DNA of 15,882 nucleotides from Pseudobacteriovorax sp. (GTDB lineage: Bacteria; Bdellovibrionota_B; Oligoflexia; Oligoflexales; Oligoflexaceae), in the NCBI GenBank assembly GCA_050293845.1, contig JBNKNM010000023.1, positions 1-15,882 on the forward strand, in the 5' to 3' direction. Below are positions 1 to 7,964 of the stretch, piece by piece; position 1 is the first letter of the stretch, and every line of letters begins with the position of its first letter. The notes under the pieces were generated by a model. The model did not search any database. It was given only the letters and a program-made list of their open reading frames with translations, and was not told the DNA's origin. A program made the translations under genes and the position numbers.

Positions 1-267
1 GATGATGGTCGCAATATTGTGATTAGACCTCTTGCCTATGTAGCCGAAGATATATTGATACAATATGCTGATGAGATCGAGCTGCCAGTTATTCCTTGCA
101 ATTTGTGTGGCTCTCAAGAAAATCTGCAGCGCGCTCGCATCAAAGCGCTACTGAAGGATTTACAAAAGCAGCATGAGAATGTAGGGGCAAGCATGCTGAA
201 CTCCTTGCAAAATATCCGACCTTCGCAGCTCCTAGATCGAGAGTTATGGAATTTCAGCGAATTCTAG
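1..267 (+). CDS. ttcA: tRNA 2-thiocytidine(32) synthetase TtcA, C-terminal part (5' end lies outside the window)
   Basis: Frame is open from base 1 (DDGRNIVIRPLAY...) and contains IPCNLCGSQENLQR, the C-terminal CxxC motif typical of TtcA; stop TAG at 265-267. Confidence 0.93.
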   Translation, partial: DDGRNIVIRPLAYVAEDILIQYADEIELPVIPCNLCGSQENLQRARIKALLKDLQKQHENVGASMLNSLQNIRPSQLLDRELWNFSEF

Positions 268-485
268 ATTTTTTCGATCCAGGCTGCAGTTCGTTAATAA
301 GGTTCATGTTTCGTACGAATCATTAATGCCAGAAGCGCATAGTCCATCTTATGGATTGAGTACTCTCGGAAATGATCAAATTAACGTAGCAAAAATTTCT
401 GAATTACTGAGGGTTAAGAAAACCTTGGTTTGGCCTTGGGATTGTTCTATATAAATCGTACACTTATCATAAAAGGTTTATACAT

Positions 486-493
486 GAGGAGGT
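486..493 (+). promoter_or_regulatory. Shine-Dalgarno site of the START-domain gene
   Basis: GAGGAGGT ending 3 nt before the ATG at 497. Confidence 0.75.
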
Positions 494-496
494 ACG

Positions 497-1186
497 ATGT
501 TGGTTATAAAGCGATTTTTGGTTTCCTTGTTTCTAATTTCTCTAGTGTTTCCCAGTGAGATATGGGCGAAACACAATTGGAAAAAGCACGGCTGGGAAAA
601 AGTCAGTAAGAAGGAAGGAATCAATGTATATCGTAAGTCCTTTGATAATTCTGATGTCAAAGGGGTTGGGGGATCGGTACTTCTGGATGTTCCTGTAGGC
701 AAGATTATCTGGGTGCTAATGGACCATACACATAAGGATCAATGGATTGACAAATTTCACTCGGCACGAACCATTGAGACTTTGTCTCCCCTTGCAAGCA
801 TCCAATATGCGGCTTTCTCGATGCCATTAACAATTAGTGACAGGGATTTCGTCTATTCCTACAAGTTCACATACGATAGTAAAAGAAAGATGATTGAAGT
901 GGATACCCACTCCGTTAAAAATAATAAGGAACCGTCATCGAAAAGTGTCGGGGTACGGGGAGAAATTCTGTTTGGCAAGTACCGGCTCTATCCGCGAAGT
1001 CATGGCAAGAAAACTTATGTAGAAGTCGAATACTTAGCAGACCCCAAAGGATATCTGCCAACATGGGTTGTCAATATTGTGCAGAAATCATGGCCCTACA
1101 AAACCCTAAGTAAGTTGCGTAACCAGGTAAAGAAAGATTTTGTAAAAGAGCACACAGAAATATTACGAGCGCTCGGATTGCATTAA
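497..1186 (+). CDS. Exported START/SRPBCC-domain (lipid-binding) protein
   Basis: N-terminal signal-like segment (KRFLVSLFLISLVFPSEIWA); START hallmarks W-x-x-V-x-K-K-EGINVY, P-x-x-I-SDRDFV and DPKGYLPTWVVN; strong RBS. Confidence 0.88.
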   Translation: MLVIKRFLVSLFLISLVFPSEIWAKHNWKKHGWEKVSKKEGINVYRKSFDNSDVKGVGGSVLLDVPVGKIIWVLMDHTHKDQWIDKFHSARTIETLSPLASIQYAAFSMPLTISDRDFVYSYKFTYDSKRKMIEVDTHSVKNNKEPSSKSVGVRGEILFGKYRLYPRSHGKKTYVEVEYLADPKGYLPTWVVNIVQKSWPYKTLSKLRNQVKKDFVKEHTEILRALGLH

Positions 1187-2358
1187 TCCGCTTCCGCTTG
1201 TGGTGGCCAAGGGCTGGGGTAAGTCTTGTTGTCGAACGCAAAGCTATCGCCAATTTCTACAACGTGCTGGCCTTTACGAATATAGAGGATAGCTCCGTCG
1301 TGGATGGGATAACCATGGGGAGACTTTAGGTTCTTCTTAGGGCCATAGAATCCGACAATGTGCCCCTTGTTAATCTTATTCCCCTTGGGGCTCACTAAAC
1401 GATCATTAATCTTGAGTCCCCAAGCTCTTCCCTTATCAAGGTAAGCCCAGGCTCCATAAATTTTAACGACTTGAGGGAGAGTTTTTTGATGGAGAGATAG
1501 TTCTTCTTGAGCAAGTAAATCCTGTAGTTCTTGGGGAATAGCAAAGTCAGTGGTGAGCTTATCTATCGACCAGCGATTACGGTTATCTATGGTTGTTCCA
1601 AATATCCCTTCAGAGCTTTCTAATATTAACTGCCAGGATTCCTTTGGTTTTTGCCAATCCAAATGAAGAGCTCGGTTCGAGCGCTGCAAGGGGAGATGGT
1701 TCCCCAGTCTTCTGACAAATAGAAGGTTTTTTTGGCCAATGGTGTTGAGAACTCTATATTGGGGTATTAAAGCCTTGGCTAGGATAAGGTTTGCACAGAG
1801 AAGCTCACCATGGTGATGCCCCAGGCTTTCTCGCTTTATGGTGGTGGCAAGTTTTAAGGCTGTTGTCAGCTGGGGAGGGGTTAAGGTTTGGGGCCACCCT
1901 GCGACAGCTGCCATAATTTGTTTTGTAAGATCTTTCCTATTACCAGCTTGCAAGCTTTGATAAGAAAATGAGCTGATGTCAATGTTGAGGATGCGACCTG
2001 ACTGTATGTCAATATAAGAGTTTGCTACATACCCTTCGTTACCGATATGGCAAATAATGGGCTGCATTAGATAGGAGAGAGTTTCCGAGTTCGTGCCTAT
2101 AAAGTGACGAGCATAAGCTAATTGGTTAAGGGTGGGTGATTGAGTTTGAATGATCGTGCTTAGGGGCTGTCCTTCAGAAAAATATTTTGCACTTATATCG
2201 TCCCATACTTGCTGCCAGAAGCTTTGAGTCTGAGCTATGAAATGAGGGGAAATGCCCACAACCTCCCAAGGAGCGAGGTAACGTCGGTTATTGCTCTGTG
2301 CTTGAGCATTCATAGTTACAAAAGTAAGCACTACCCATGGAAAAAGTATTTTATTCAT
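1183..2358 (-). CDS. Secreted hypothetical protein with FlgT-C-terminal-like beta domain
   Basis: 391-aa ORF with signal peptide (MNKILFPWVVLTFVTMNAQA); starts 17 nt after the sensor stop; C-terminal QVVKIYGAWAYLDKGRAWGLKINDRL resembles the FlgT_C-type pattern; its stop overlaps the START gene stop (TTAA 1183-1186). Confidence 0.7.
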   Translation of the reverse strand: MNKILFPWVVLTFVTMNAQAQSNNRRYLAPWEVVGISPHFIAQTQSFWQQVWDDISAKYFSEGQPLSTIIQTQSPTLNQLAYARHFIGTNSETLSYLMQPIICHIGNEGYVANSYIDIQSGRILNIDISSFSYQSLQAGNRKDLTKQIMAAVAGWPQTLTPPQLTTALKLATTIKRESLGHHHGELLCANLILAKALIPQYRVLNTIGQKNLLFVRRLGNHLPLQRSNRALHLDWQKPKESWQLILESSEGIFGTTIDNRNRWSIDKLTTDFAIPQELQDLLAQEELSLHQKTLPQVVKIYGAWAYLDKGRAWGLKINDRLVSPKGNKINKGHIVGFYGPKKNLKSPHGYPIHDGAILYIRKGQHVVEIGDSFAFDNKTYPSPWPPQAEAD

Positions 2359-2375
2359 CCCGTCTTCCTATTCTG

Positions 2376-4316
2376 TTACGCGACTCGACTTTTTTTTTCA
2401 TTAAGGTCGATAGGGAATTTTATAGTAGCTTGAGTATAGAAAGCATTTTGAATGAACTTTAACGATCCCCCATAGGATCTGATGATATGATGCGCAATAC
2501 CAATGCCTAAGGATTCTTCAGAATTTGAAGATTCGACTTCCTCGAACATGGCCTGACGAGGATCTCTGTGTTCTGTCGTTGCGCTGTCTTTGAGGTATAT
2601 TACTACGTCATTTTTAGCTCTGTTGACTTGAATTTCAATCCATCTGTTTTCGAGGTGTGCTACCGCTTTAACAGCACCATTGAATAATTCGCTGATAATG
2701 TCTGCTAGGTGTAACGGATTTCCTGGTATAAGAAGCTTATCTGGAAGTGAAACCTTTAAGTCAATTTCGTGTTGCAGGCATTGGCCTCTATGGAGGTCGA
2801 TAATAGACTGTAGATATTCATGAATGTCAACTTGCTTGCCAGGTTGCGATGCCTTGGGGTTTAAGTAGGTTATAGTGAGCGCTTTTATGATTTTTTCTAT
2901 TTTATCAACGGCCCGCTCGATCTGTTTGGTTCGCCGCTCCACCATTTGGGCTTGTAGCCCGTGGGCATGTTTATGGAGGATGCTTGCACCCGTTCTGATA
3001 ATCATCAACGGGGTATTAACTTCATGGGCGAGGGCATCGGCTATTCGCCCTAAGGCAGCGAATTTTTCTTGCTCTATCACATAAGCTTGGTTTTCCTTAT
3101 AACGCTTGTTAGCTTGTTTGAGCTGTTTTGTCCGATTGTTGATTTTGGTTTCTAAACTTTCATTGAGTCGTGTTAGTTCTCTCTGTAGGAGGTTAATCTT
3201 ATTAGCCAGGACTACAGCTAGTAGAAATAACTCTAAGGTCAGGCTCAGTTTATAAGCATGCTCACTAATGATGTTGTGTTCTACGAGCCCAATGTTTGCT
3301 AGAAACCTTGTTCCAACTAATAAAAATGTCATAGTCCAGGCAACAATGAGAATTCTTGCCGGCTTATAATTTCTTTTATAAGAAAGGATTGCTGCTGCCA
3401 TACAGACCATCGTACCGATCGGCAGATAGAATATCAGGAATTGCGTGGTGTAATATTTTAAGAAAGGAATGAAATCGATAATCCCATAGACAATGGCCGT
3501 ATAGGAAAACCACTGCAAAAATTTGTCGTACGCGGGCGCTTGTACTCTGAGTGGTAGCATCTCTCTAACGCATCTAATTTTAAAATAAATGGCAATGCAC
3601 GTAACCTGATGTAGTAGGTAATACCAGCTGGCACCTACATTATATAGCCAGTCAGCATTTCCTTCATGGATAGTACTGCCGATGGTTACGCTTAATGCAT
3701 AAGCGATATAGTGAAGATAAACGGAGTCTCTTGTTACGAGAAAAAGATAAAAATTATAGATGTTTAAACCAATAGAAATACCTAGAAATAGCAAAAAAAG
3801 ACTCTGTGAGAGTAGTTCGTTATGTATGCGTTCTTCTTCACTCAAAATGGAATAGTTCAGTGAGACTCTGTTTTGGCTGGCTATCCGTAAATAGAGTTGT
3901 GTTTTACCAGGCTCTTTAAGATCCAAGAGAAAGGTTGGGGTATGACGATAGGGGAAATACTGCGATAAATTTTTGAATGCATGGTACGTTTCTTCGCTTA
4001 TGATACTGCCGTCCCGCATCTGCCAAAAATCAATTTGATCAGTGTTGCGGTTGGGTAATTGGAAAAAAATTTTTTGCGGGCAGGGGTGAGTGTTAAGTTC
4101 GATCTTCAGCCAGAGGTTATTCTTCTCAAGGCTGTGGGTTTCCCTGCTAATGATCGGTAGGAATTGCTTGTCTTGAATCTCATCTAGAGTATAGTTATTC
4201 GGCTCAATCAGGTGGTTCTGTGAAAGAGCTTGATAGCAGGTCGTTCCCTGGCCATAGACCTGAAGAGCTAAGCTCTGAATAATAGTAAGAAGCACGAGCT
4301 TAAGATTCCGTGCCAT
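2376..4316 (-). CDS. 7TM-DISM receptor sensor histidine kinase-like protein with degenerate ATP-binding domain
   Basis: Signal peptide, DISMED2-like extracellular region (LWLKIEL, PTFLLDL, LYLRIASQ), seven-TM region (IYNFYLFLVTRDSVYLHYIAY...), coiled coil (LNESLETKINNRTKQL), H-box EKFAALGRIADALAHEVNTPL, HATPase-like C-terminus. Start placed at ATG 4316 (MARNLK) behind an AAGGGA RBS instead of the ORF-track start at 4376. Confidence 0.88.
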   Translation of the reverse strand: MARNLKLVLLTIIQSLALQVYGQGTTCYQALSQNHLIEPNNYTLDEIQDKQFLPIISRETHSLEKNNLWLKIELNTHPCPQKIFFQLPNRNTDQIDFWQMRDGSIISEETYHAFKNLSQYFPYRHTPTFLLDLKEPGKTQLYLRIASQNRVSLNYSILSEEERIHNELLSQSLFLLFLGISIGLNIYNFYLFLVTRDSVYLHYIAYALSVTIGSTIHEGNADWLYNVGASWYYLLHQVTCIAIYFKIRCVREMLPLRVQAPAYDKFLQWFSYTAIVYGIIDFIPFLKYYTTQFLIFYLPIGTMVCMAAAILSYKRNYKPARILIVAWTMTFLLVGTRFLANIGLVEHNIISEHAYKLSLTLELFLLAVVLANKINLLQRELTRLNESLETKINNRTKQLKQANKRYKENQAYVIEQEKFAALGRIADALAHEVNTPLMIIRTGASILHKHAHGLQAQMVERRTKQIERAVDKIEKIIKALTITYLNPKASQPGKQVDIHEYLQSIIDLHRGQCLQHEIDLKVSLPDKLLIPGNPLHLADIISELFNGAVKAVAHLENRWIEIQVNRAKNDVVIYLKDSATTEHRDPRQAMFEEVESSNSEESLGIGIAHHIIRSYGGSLKFIQNAFYTQATIKFPIDLNEKKSRVA

Positions 4317-4352
4317 GATCTTTAATCCCTTTTGACGGTCAGCCTCTTGGGC

Positions 4353-4379
4353 TCTTCGGATTGATAGTAATAACATTGA
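4353..4379 (-). promoter_or_regulatory. Putative sigma-28 (FliA)-like promoter of the sensor operon
   Basis: Minus strand reads TCAA-N15-TCCGAAGA, compared with the FliA consensus TAAA-N15-GCCGATAA; lies 36 nt upstream of ATG 4316. Confidence 0.4.
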
Positions 4380-4487
4380 GACAAATTTTGATGAGATGGC
4401 TGAAATTTCATAATGTTTTTTAGGTTATTGGCTCCACCGAAAACACAATCCGCTTGTTTTCTTTATCGAAAGCTGTAAGATGTGCAC

Positions 4488-4509
4488 ACACCATAATTAA
4501 TTATGGTGT
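4488..4509. repeat. Perfect 22-bp palindrome, putative operator
   Basis: ACACCATAATTAATTATGGTGT equals its own reverse complement; located in the divergent intergenic region. Confidence 0.85.
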
Positions 4510-4595
4510 TTCTATCCGTAAAAAGACACTGGCTTTGTAGGTAAAAGTTGTGAAAAGATGAACTGGTTGATGATGAATATGTGGGCGAGATTATA

Positions 4596-5306
4596 ATGAG
4601 TCAATTTGTAAATTTACTGAAAGGGCTAAAGTCATACTGGCAAGGGGTGACCTGGTTGAAAAAGCATCCCGGCTACTTTCTTCTTCTAGTAGTCCCAACA
4701 CTTGTGGGTATACTAAGTGCATTTGGTTTTTTTTCCATTTTTTCCGAATATAGTGAACAAATATACGGCTATATTCTCTTTGAACCGGATGATAGTTTTT
4801 TTTGGGTTCTTTTGTACAAGGTAGCTAGGTTTTTTGTCTCTATAGCAGTTATTGGCTTTGCACTACTGGCAGGTTTTTTGGTTTCCAATGTTGTATCCGT
4901 ACCCATATACGATATGGTATCGGTGGCTATTGAAAAGGATATCTTAGGTCATGCTCCGGAGATATCCCTGTGGGAATCCATGAAGTTGATTCCGGAGGAA
5001 TTAAAAAAGGTTGTCGTTATCCTACTGATCTCTTTAGGGACTTTAGTCCTCCCCGGCCTGAACGTTTTGGCTGTTCTTGTTGCCGCCTTTCTTATTGGCT
5101 GGGATTTTTACGACTACCCTTTGGCGCGACGGGGATGGAGCTTTAAAAGGCGTTTCCAATATGTCTCTCGGGATGCATGGGCGGTGATGGGGCTAGGGCT
5201 CTGGTTAACTATACCTTTTGTGCAAATGCTACTTTACCCATTTACAGTCGCAGGTGGCACCTTGCTTTCTTTGGAGCGCCTCGAGCGAGAAGATATAAAG
5301 TCTTAA
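4596..5306 (+). CDS. EI24/CysZ-family integral membrane protein
   Basis: Several hydrophobic segments; [35 protein letters not shown] and [18 protein letters not shown] match the CysZ/EI24 pattern. Start is either GTG 4581 or ATG 4596. Confidence 0.85.
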   Translation: MSQFVNLLKGLKSYWQGVTWLKKHPGYFLLLVVPTLVGILSAFGFFSIFSEYSEQIYGYILFEPDDSFFWVLLYKVARFFVSIAVIGFALLAGFLVSNVVSVPIYDMVSVAIEKDILGHAPEISLWESMKLIPEELKKVVVILLISLGTLVLPGLNVLAVLVAAFLIGWDFYDYPLARRGWSFKRRFQYVSRDAWAVMGLGLWLTIPFVQMLLYPFTVAGGTLLSLERLEREDIKS

Positions 5307-5331
5307 TCTGACAACGGTAAGGAATATTCGT

Positions 5332-6420
5332 ATGGTCATGGAAAATACCAAAGAACGCTTACAGGCTATAGATACTGCTGTAAGCTCGATTGAGAAACAA
5401 TTTGGCAAGGGTGCCATCATGCGCCTTGGCAAAGGCGATCAAAGAAGCACTCATATGGGAGTTATCTCAACAGGGGCGCTATCGTTAGATGTTGCCTTAG
5501 GGATAGGAGGAGTCCCTAAAGGCCGTATTATCGAAATTTATGGTCCGGAGTCGAGTGGTAAAACCACATTGACGTTGCATATTGCTGCGCAGGCACAGCA
5601 AGCTGGAGGGGTTGCCGCCTTTGTTGATGCGGAGCATGCATTGGACACCACCTATGCTAAAAAAATTGGCTTAAATCTAGAAGAATTGCTGATATCTCAA
5701 CCAGATACCGGAGAGCAAGCTCTCGAAATTGTAGATATGTTGGTAAGAAGCGATGCTGTGGATCTTGTTATTGTTGATTCAGTAGCCGCATTGACTCCGA
5801 AAGCCGAAATTGAAGGAGAGATGGGAGATCATCATGTCGGACTACAAGCACGTTTGATGTCTCAGGCTTTAAGAAAGCTTACCGCTTCAGTATCGCGATC
5901 CAACTGCACGGTTATTTTTATTAATCAAATTCGCATGAAGATCGGCGTCATGTTCGGCAATCCCGAAACAACGACAGGTGGTAATGCCCTAAAGTTTTAC
6001 TCGTCTGTACGCATGGATATTCGCCGCATAGCTGCCATAAAGCAAAGTGATGAAGTTGTCGGTAACCGCGTTAGGGTGAAAGTGGTAAAAAACAAAGTTG
6101 CAGCACCTTTTAGAGAGGCTGAGTTTGATGTGATGTTTGGAGAGGGAATATCCAAATATGGAGATGTGCTGGACCTAGCCGCTAATAATGATGTTGTTAG
6201 CAAAACTGGCGCGTGGTTTTCCTATAAGGATCAGCGTTTAGGACAAGGACGCGAAAAGGCAAAAGAATTCTTAAGCCAAAACCCTGAAATTTTTGAAGAG
6301 ATTAAAGGGGAAGTTACAGCCAAGTATGGTTTTAATAAGTCAGCAGCAGCTGAAACTTTATCGGAGGCCCCTTCACCAGCCGAGGGAGCTACAGCCAAGG
6401 CTAAAAAGAAAAAAGGCTAG
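5332..6420 (+). CDS. recA: Recombinase RecA
   Basis: [12 protein letters not shown]-loop [48 protein letters not shown] at 5318-5323; no intein. Confidence 0.99.
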   Translation: MVMENTKERLQAIDTAVSSIEKQFGKGAIMRLGKGDQRSTHMGVISTGALSLDVALGIGGVPKGRIIEIYGPESSGKTTLTLHIAAQAQQAGGVAAFVDAEHALDTTYAKKIGLNLEELLISQPDTGEQALEIVDMLVRSDAVDLVIVDSVAALTPKAEIEGEMGDHHVGLQARLMSQALRKLTASVSRSNCTVIFINQIRMKIGVMFGNPETTTGGNALKFYSSVRMDIRRIAAIKQSDEVVGNRVRVKVVKNKVAAPFREAEFDVMFGEGISKYGDVLDLAANNDVVSKTGAWFSYKDQRLGQGREKAKEFLSQNPEIFEEIKGEVTAKYGFNKSAAAETLSEAPSPAEGATAKAKKKKG

Positions 6421-6464
6421 CTCTTCCTAACCTAAACTGCTTTTGGGGCAGCTTAGTCGTTAGT

Positions 6465-6495
6465 ACCCTTTCACAGTCTGTGAAAGGGTTTTTTT
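6465..6495 (+). terminator. Rho-independent terminator after recA
   Basis: 11-bp stem ACCCTTTCACA / TGTGAAAGGGT with GTC loop followed by a T run (6489-6495). Confidence 0.9.
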
Positions 6496-6546
6496 ATCTC
6501 AGAAGTGGAAAAAACTCTTATTCTGTGTTAGGCAGCAAGGTACTGC

Positions 6547-7206
6547 CTAGAAAGTCAGTAAGCGACGAGTTTCTTTCAAAGGTGAAGAAATACCACCAGT
6601 TATCCTAAAAAGGGGGAGTTGATCTTTGTTCTGTATAAAAGGCCAATACAGGCTATAGTATAGTTCCATGGAAATCAGCTCGGGTTGATAACTCAAGGCT
6701 TGCTTGCAGGAAATCGGTTGATAGTTTTTTGTCCTGAAACTGAGGTTAACTTCAACCATCACCCTGTCAGCCGCTAAGAAACTATCAGTATTATCTCCGG
6801 TAAAGCCTGGTTCAATAATAAAGCAGAAGGAAGCTCTGTGGGGTGAGATATGATGCGATTCACAGCGACGGATGGCTTCTTGTTCAAGATTACCGAATAG
6901 CGAAGCGTTGAGCGTAGGCAAGGGGGAGCTAGCAATGCGATGCTCGCCAATCAAAATAGTTTTGAAAAACCCTGAGGGATTATCACAAAACTCAGGGGAA
7001 AAAGAATTTTGCACGTGTTTTTTAAGGCTTGAAGAAAAAATATCGCGATCCTTAGTGGGGTGTTGTTCTCGTTTTTCCAAATTTAGAATGAGATCATCAT
7101 CACTCCATATACCCCAGGAACCGAGTAGGGTTGTAGAGAAAATAGCCAAAGCAATAAGCCAGTGGTTGGTATGAGTCTTCTTTTCAGGTCGATTAGACCG
7201 ATTCAT
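6547..7206 (-). CDS. Hypothetical protein with a single N-terminal membrane anchor
   Basis: 219-aa ORF, GAGGAAAG RBS upstream, hydrophobic WLIALAIFSTTLLGSWGIW, four Cys in the soluble part; no family recognised. Confidence 0.7.
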   Translation of the reverse strand: MNRSNRPEKKTHTNHWLIALAIFSTTLLGSWGIWSDDDLILNLEKREQHPTKDRDIFSSSLKKHVQNSFSPEFCDNPSGFFKTILIGEHRIASSPLPTLNASLFGNLEQEAIRRCESHHISPHRASFCFIIEPGFTGDNTDSFLAADRVMVEVNLSFRTKNYQPISCKQALSYQPELISMELYYSLYWPFIQNKDQLPLFRITGGISSPLKETRRLLTF

Positions 7207-7286
7207 ATTTCTTTCCTCGGAAGAATCAGAGATAGCAAACGGTAAGTTGAAGTAAGTAAAAGTCTAATTTTGGCGAGAAAGAGCCG

Positions 7287-7658
7287 TCAACGATCATCGA
7301 GGGGCCTTCTCAAAGTTCCATATTTATTTAGGAGGAAACGCTGCTCAGCCATAATCTTCTGAAAAGAAATGCCTTCACTTAACTTTAATACAATGGCATC
7401 GCGGTCAGTTCTGATCACGCGGCCAATAACGGTACTTTCATCTGAGTCGTGAAATATGATACGAGCTTTCAGGTCGGCATCGCCACCGACGTCAAGTTCT
7501 TGGTTCTGGGTTCCCTTAACCCGCGAAAACTTAACGCCCCCTTCACACAGGTTGATAACAGGATAAACATCGTCGTCAATATAAATTTGCGGACGTACCT
7601 CAGTAGGATATTCCAGGCGAAAGTAGTTCCGGGGCGGCGACTTTTCTTTTTCACTCAT
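7287..7658 (-). CDS. Stand-alone PilZ-domain protein (putative c-di-GMP receptor)
   Basis: RNYFR (RxxxR) and NLCEGG ([D/N]xSxxG with Cys for Ser), then GRVIR beta strand. ATG 7658 preferred because GAGGTG lies 6 nt upstream; GTG 7667 is the alternative. Confidence 0.85.
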   Translation of the reverse strand: MSEKEKSPPRNYFRLEYPTEVRPQIYIDDDVYPVINLCEGGVKFSRVKGTQNQELDVGGDADLKARIIFHDSDESTVIGRVIRTDRDAIVLKLSEGISFQKIMAEQRFLLNKYGTLRRPLDDR

Positions 7659-7722
7659 TTTGGACACCTCACTACATTAAATTTTGACGTACTAATGCAA
7701 TTTCGTCAATGCTGCAAAATTG

Positions 7723-7750
7723 CTTTCGGTAAACAAATGGCTTAGGTTGA
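7723..7750 (-). promoter_or_regulatory. Putative sigma-28-like promoter of the PilZ gene
   Basis: Minus strand TCAA-N16-ACCGAAAG upstream of the PilZ start. Confidence 0.3.
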
Positions 7751-7964
7751 TAGTTGGCAAGAAAGATCTTTTACTCTCAAAAAAAAGTTGTCGAAAAATA
7801 TAAAATAACCCAAACGAATAATTAAGAGCGTGTAGTGTAATTGTGGTATAGGAGTAAGGTACGAATTCATTTGACACCGTAAAAAAAATCGTTTTCGATG
7901 TAAAAACAGGAAGCTAGATTGGAAATATGAGGCAATCATTCATCTGAAGAGTGGAGAATATAAC

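Noticed and set aside
431..445. Sigma-54-like TGGC-N7-TTGT upstream of the START gene
   Set aside because: The conserved -12 GC is replaced by GT; too weak to call.
4063..4075. Homopolymer A/T runs as phase-variation sites
   Set aside because: Runs of 7-8 nt are expected at this AT content and no ORF is frameshifted.
5332..6420. Intein or intron in recA
   Set aside because: Normal length (362 aa) with contiguous motifs.
6432..6456. Weak hairpin before the recA terminator
   Set aside because: Mismatched stem with no U-tract; the downstream hairpin explains termination.
6872..7174. 100-aa plus-strand ORF
   Set aside because: Antisense shadow of the 6547-7206 gene; no RBS or recognisable motif.
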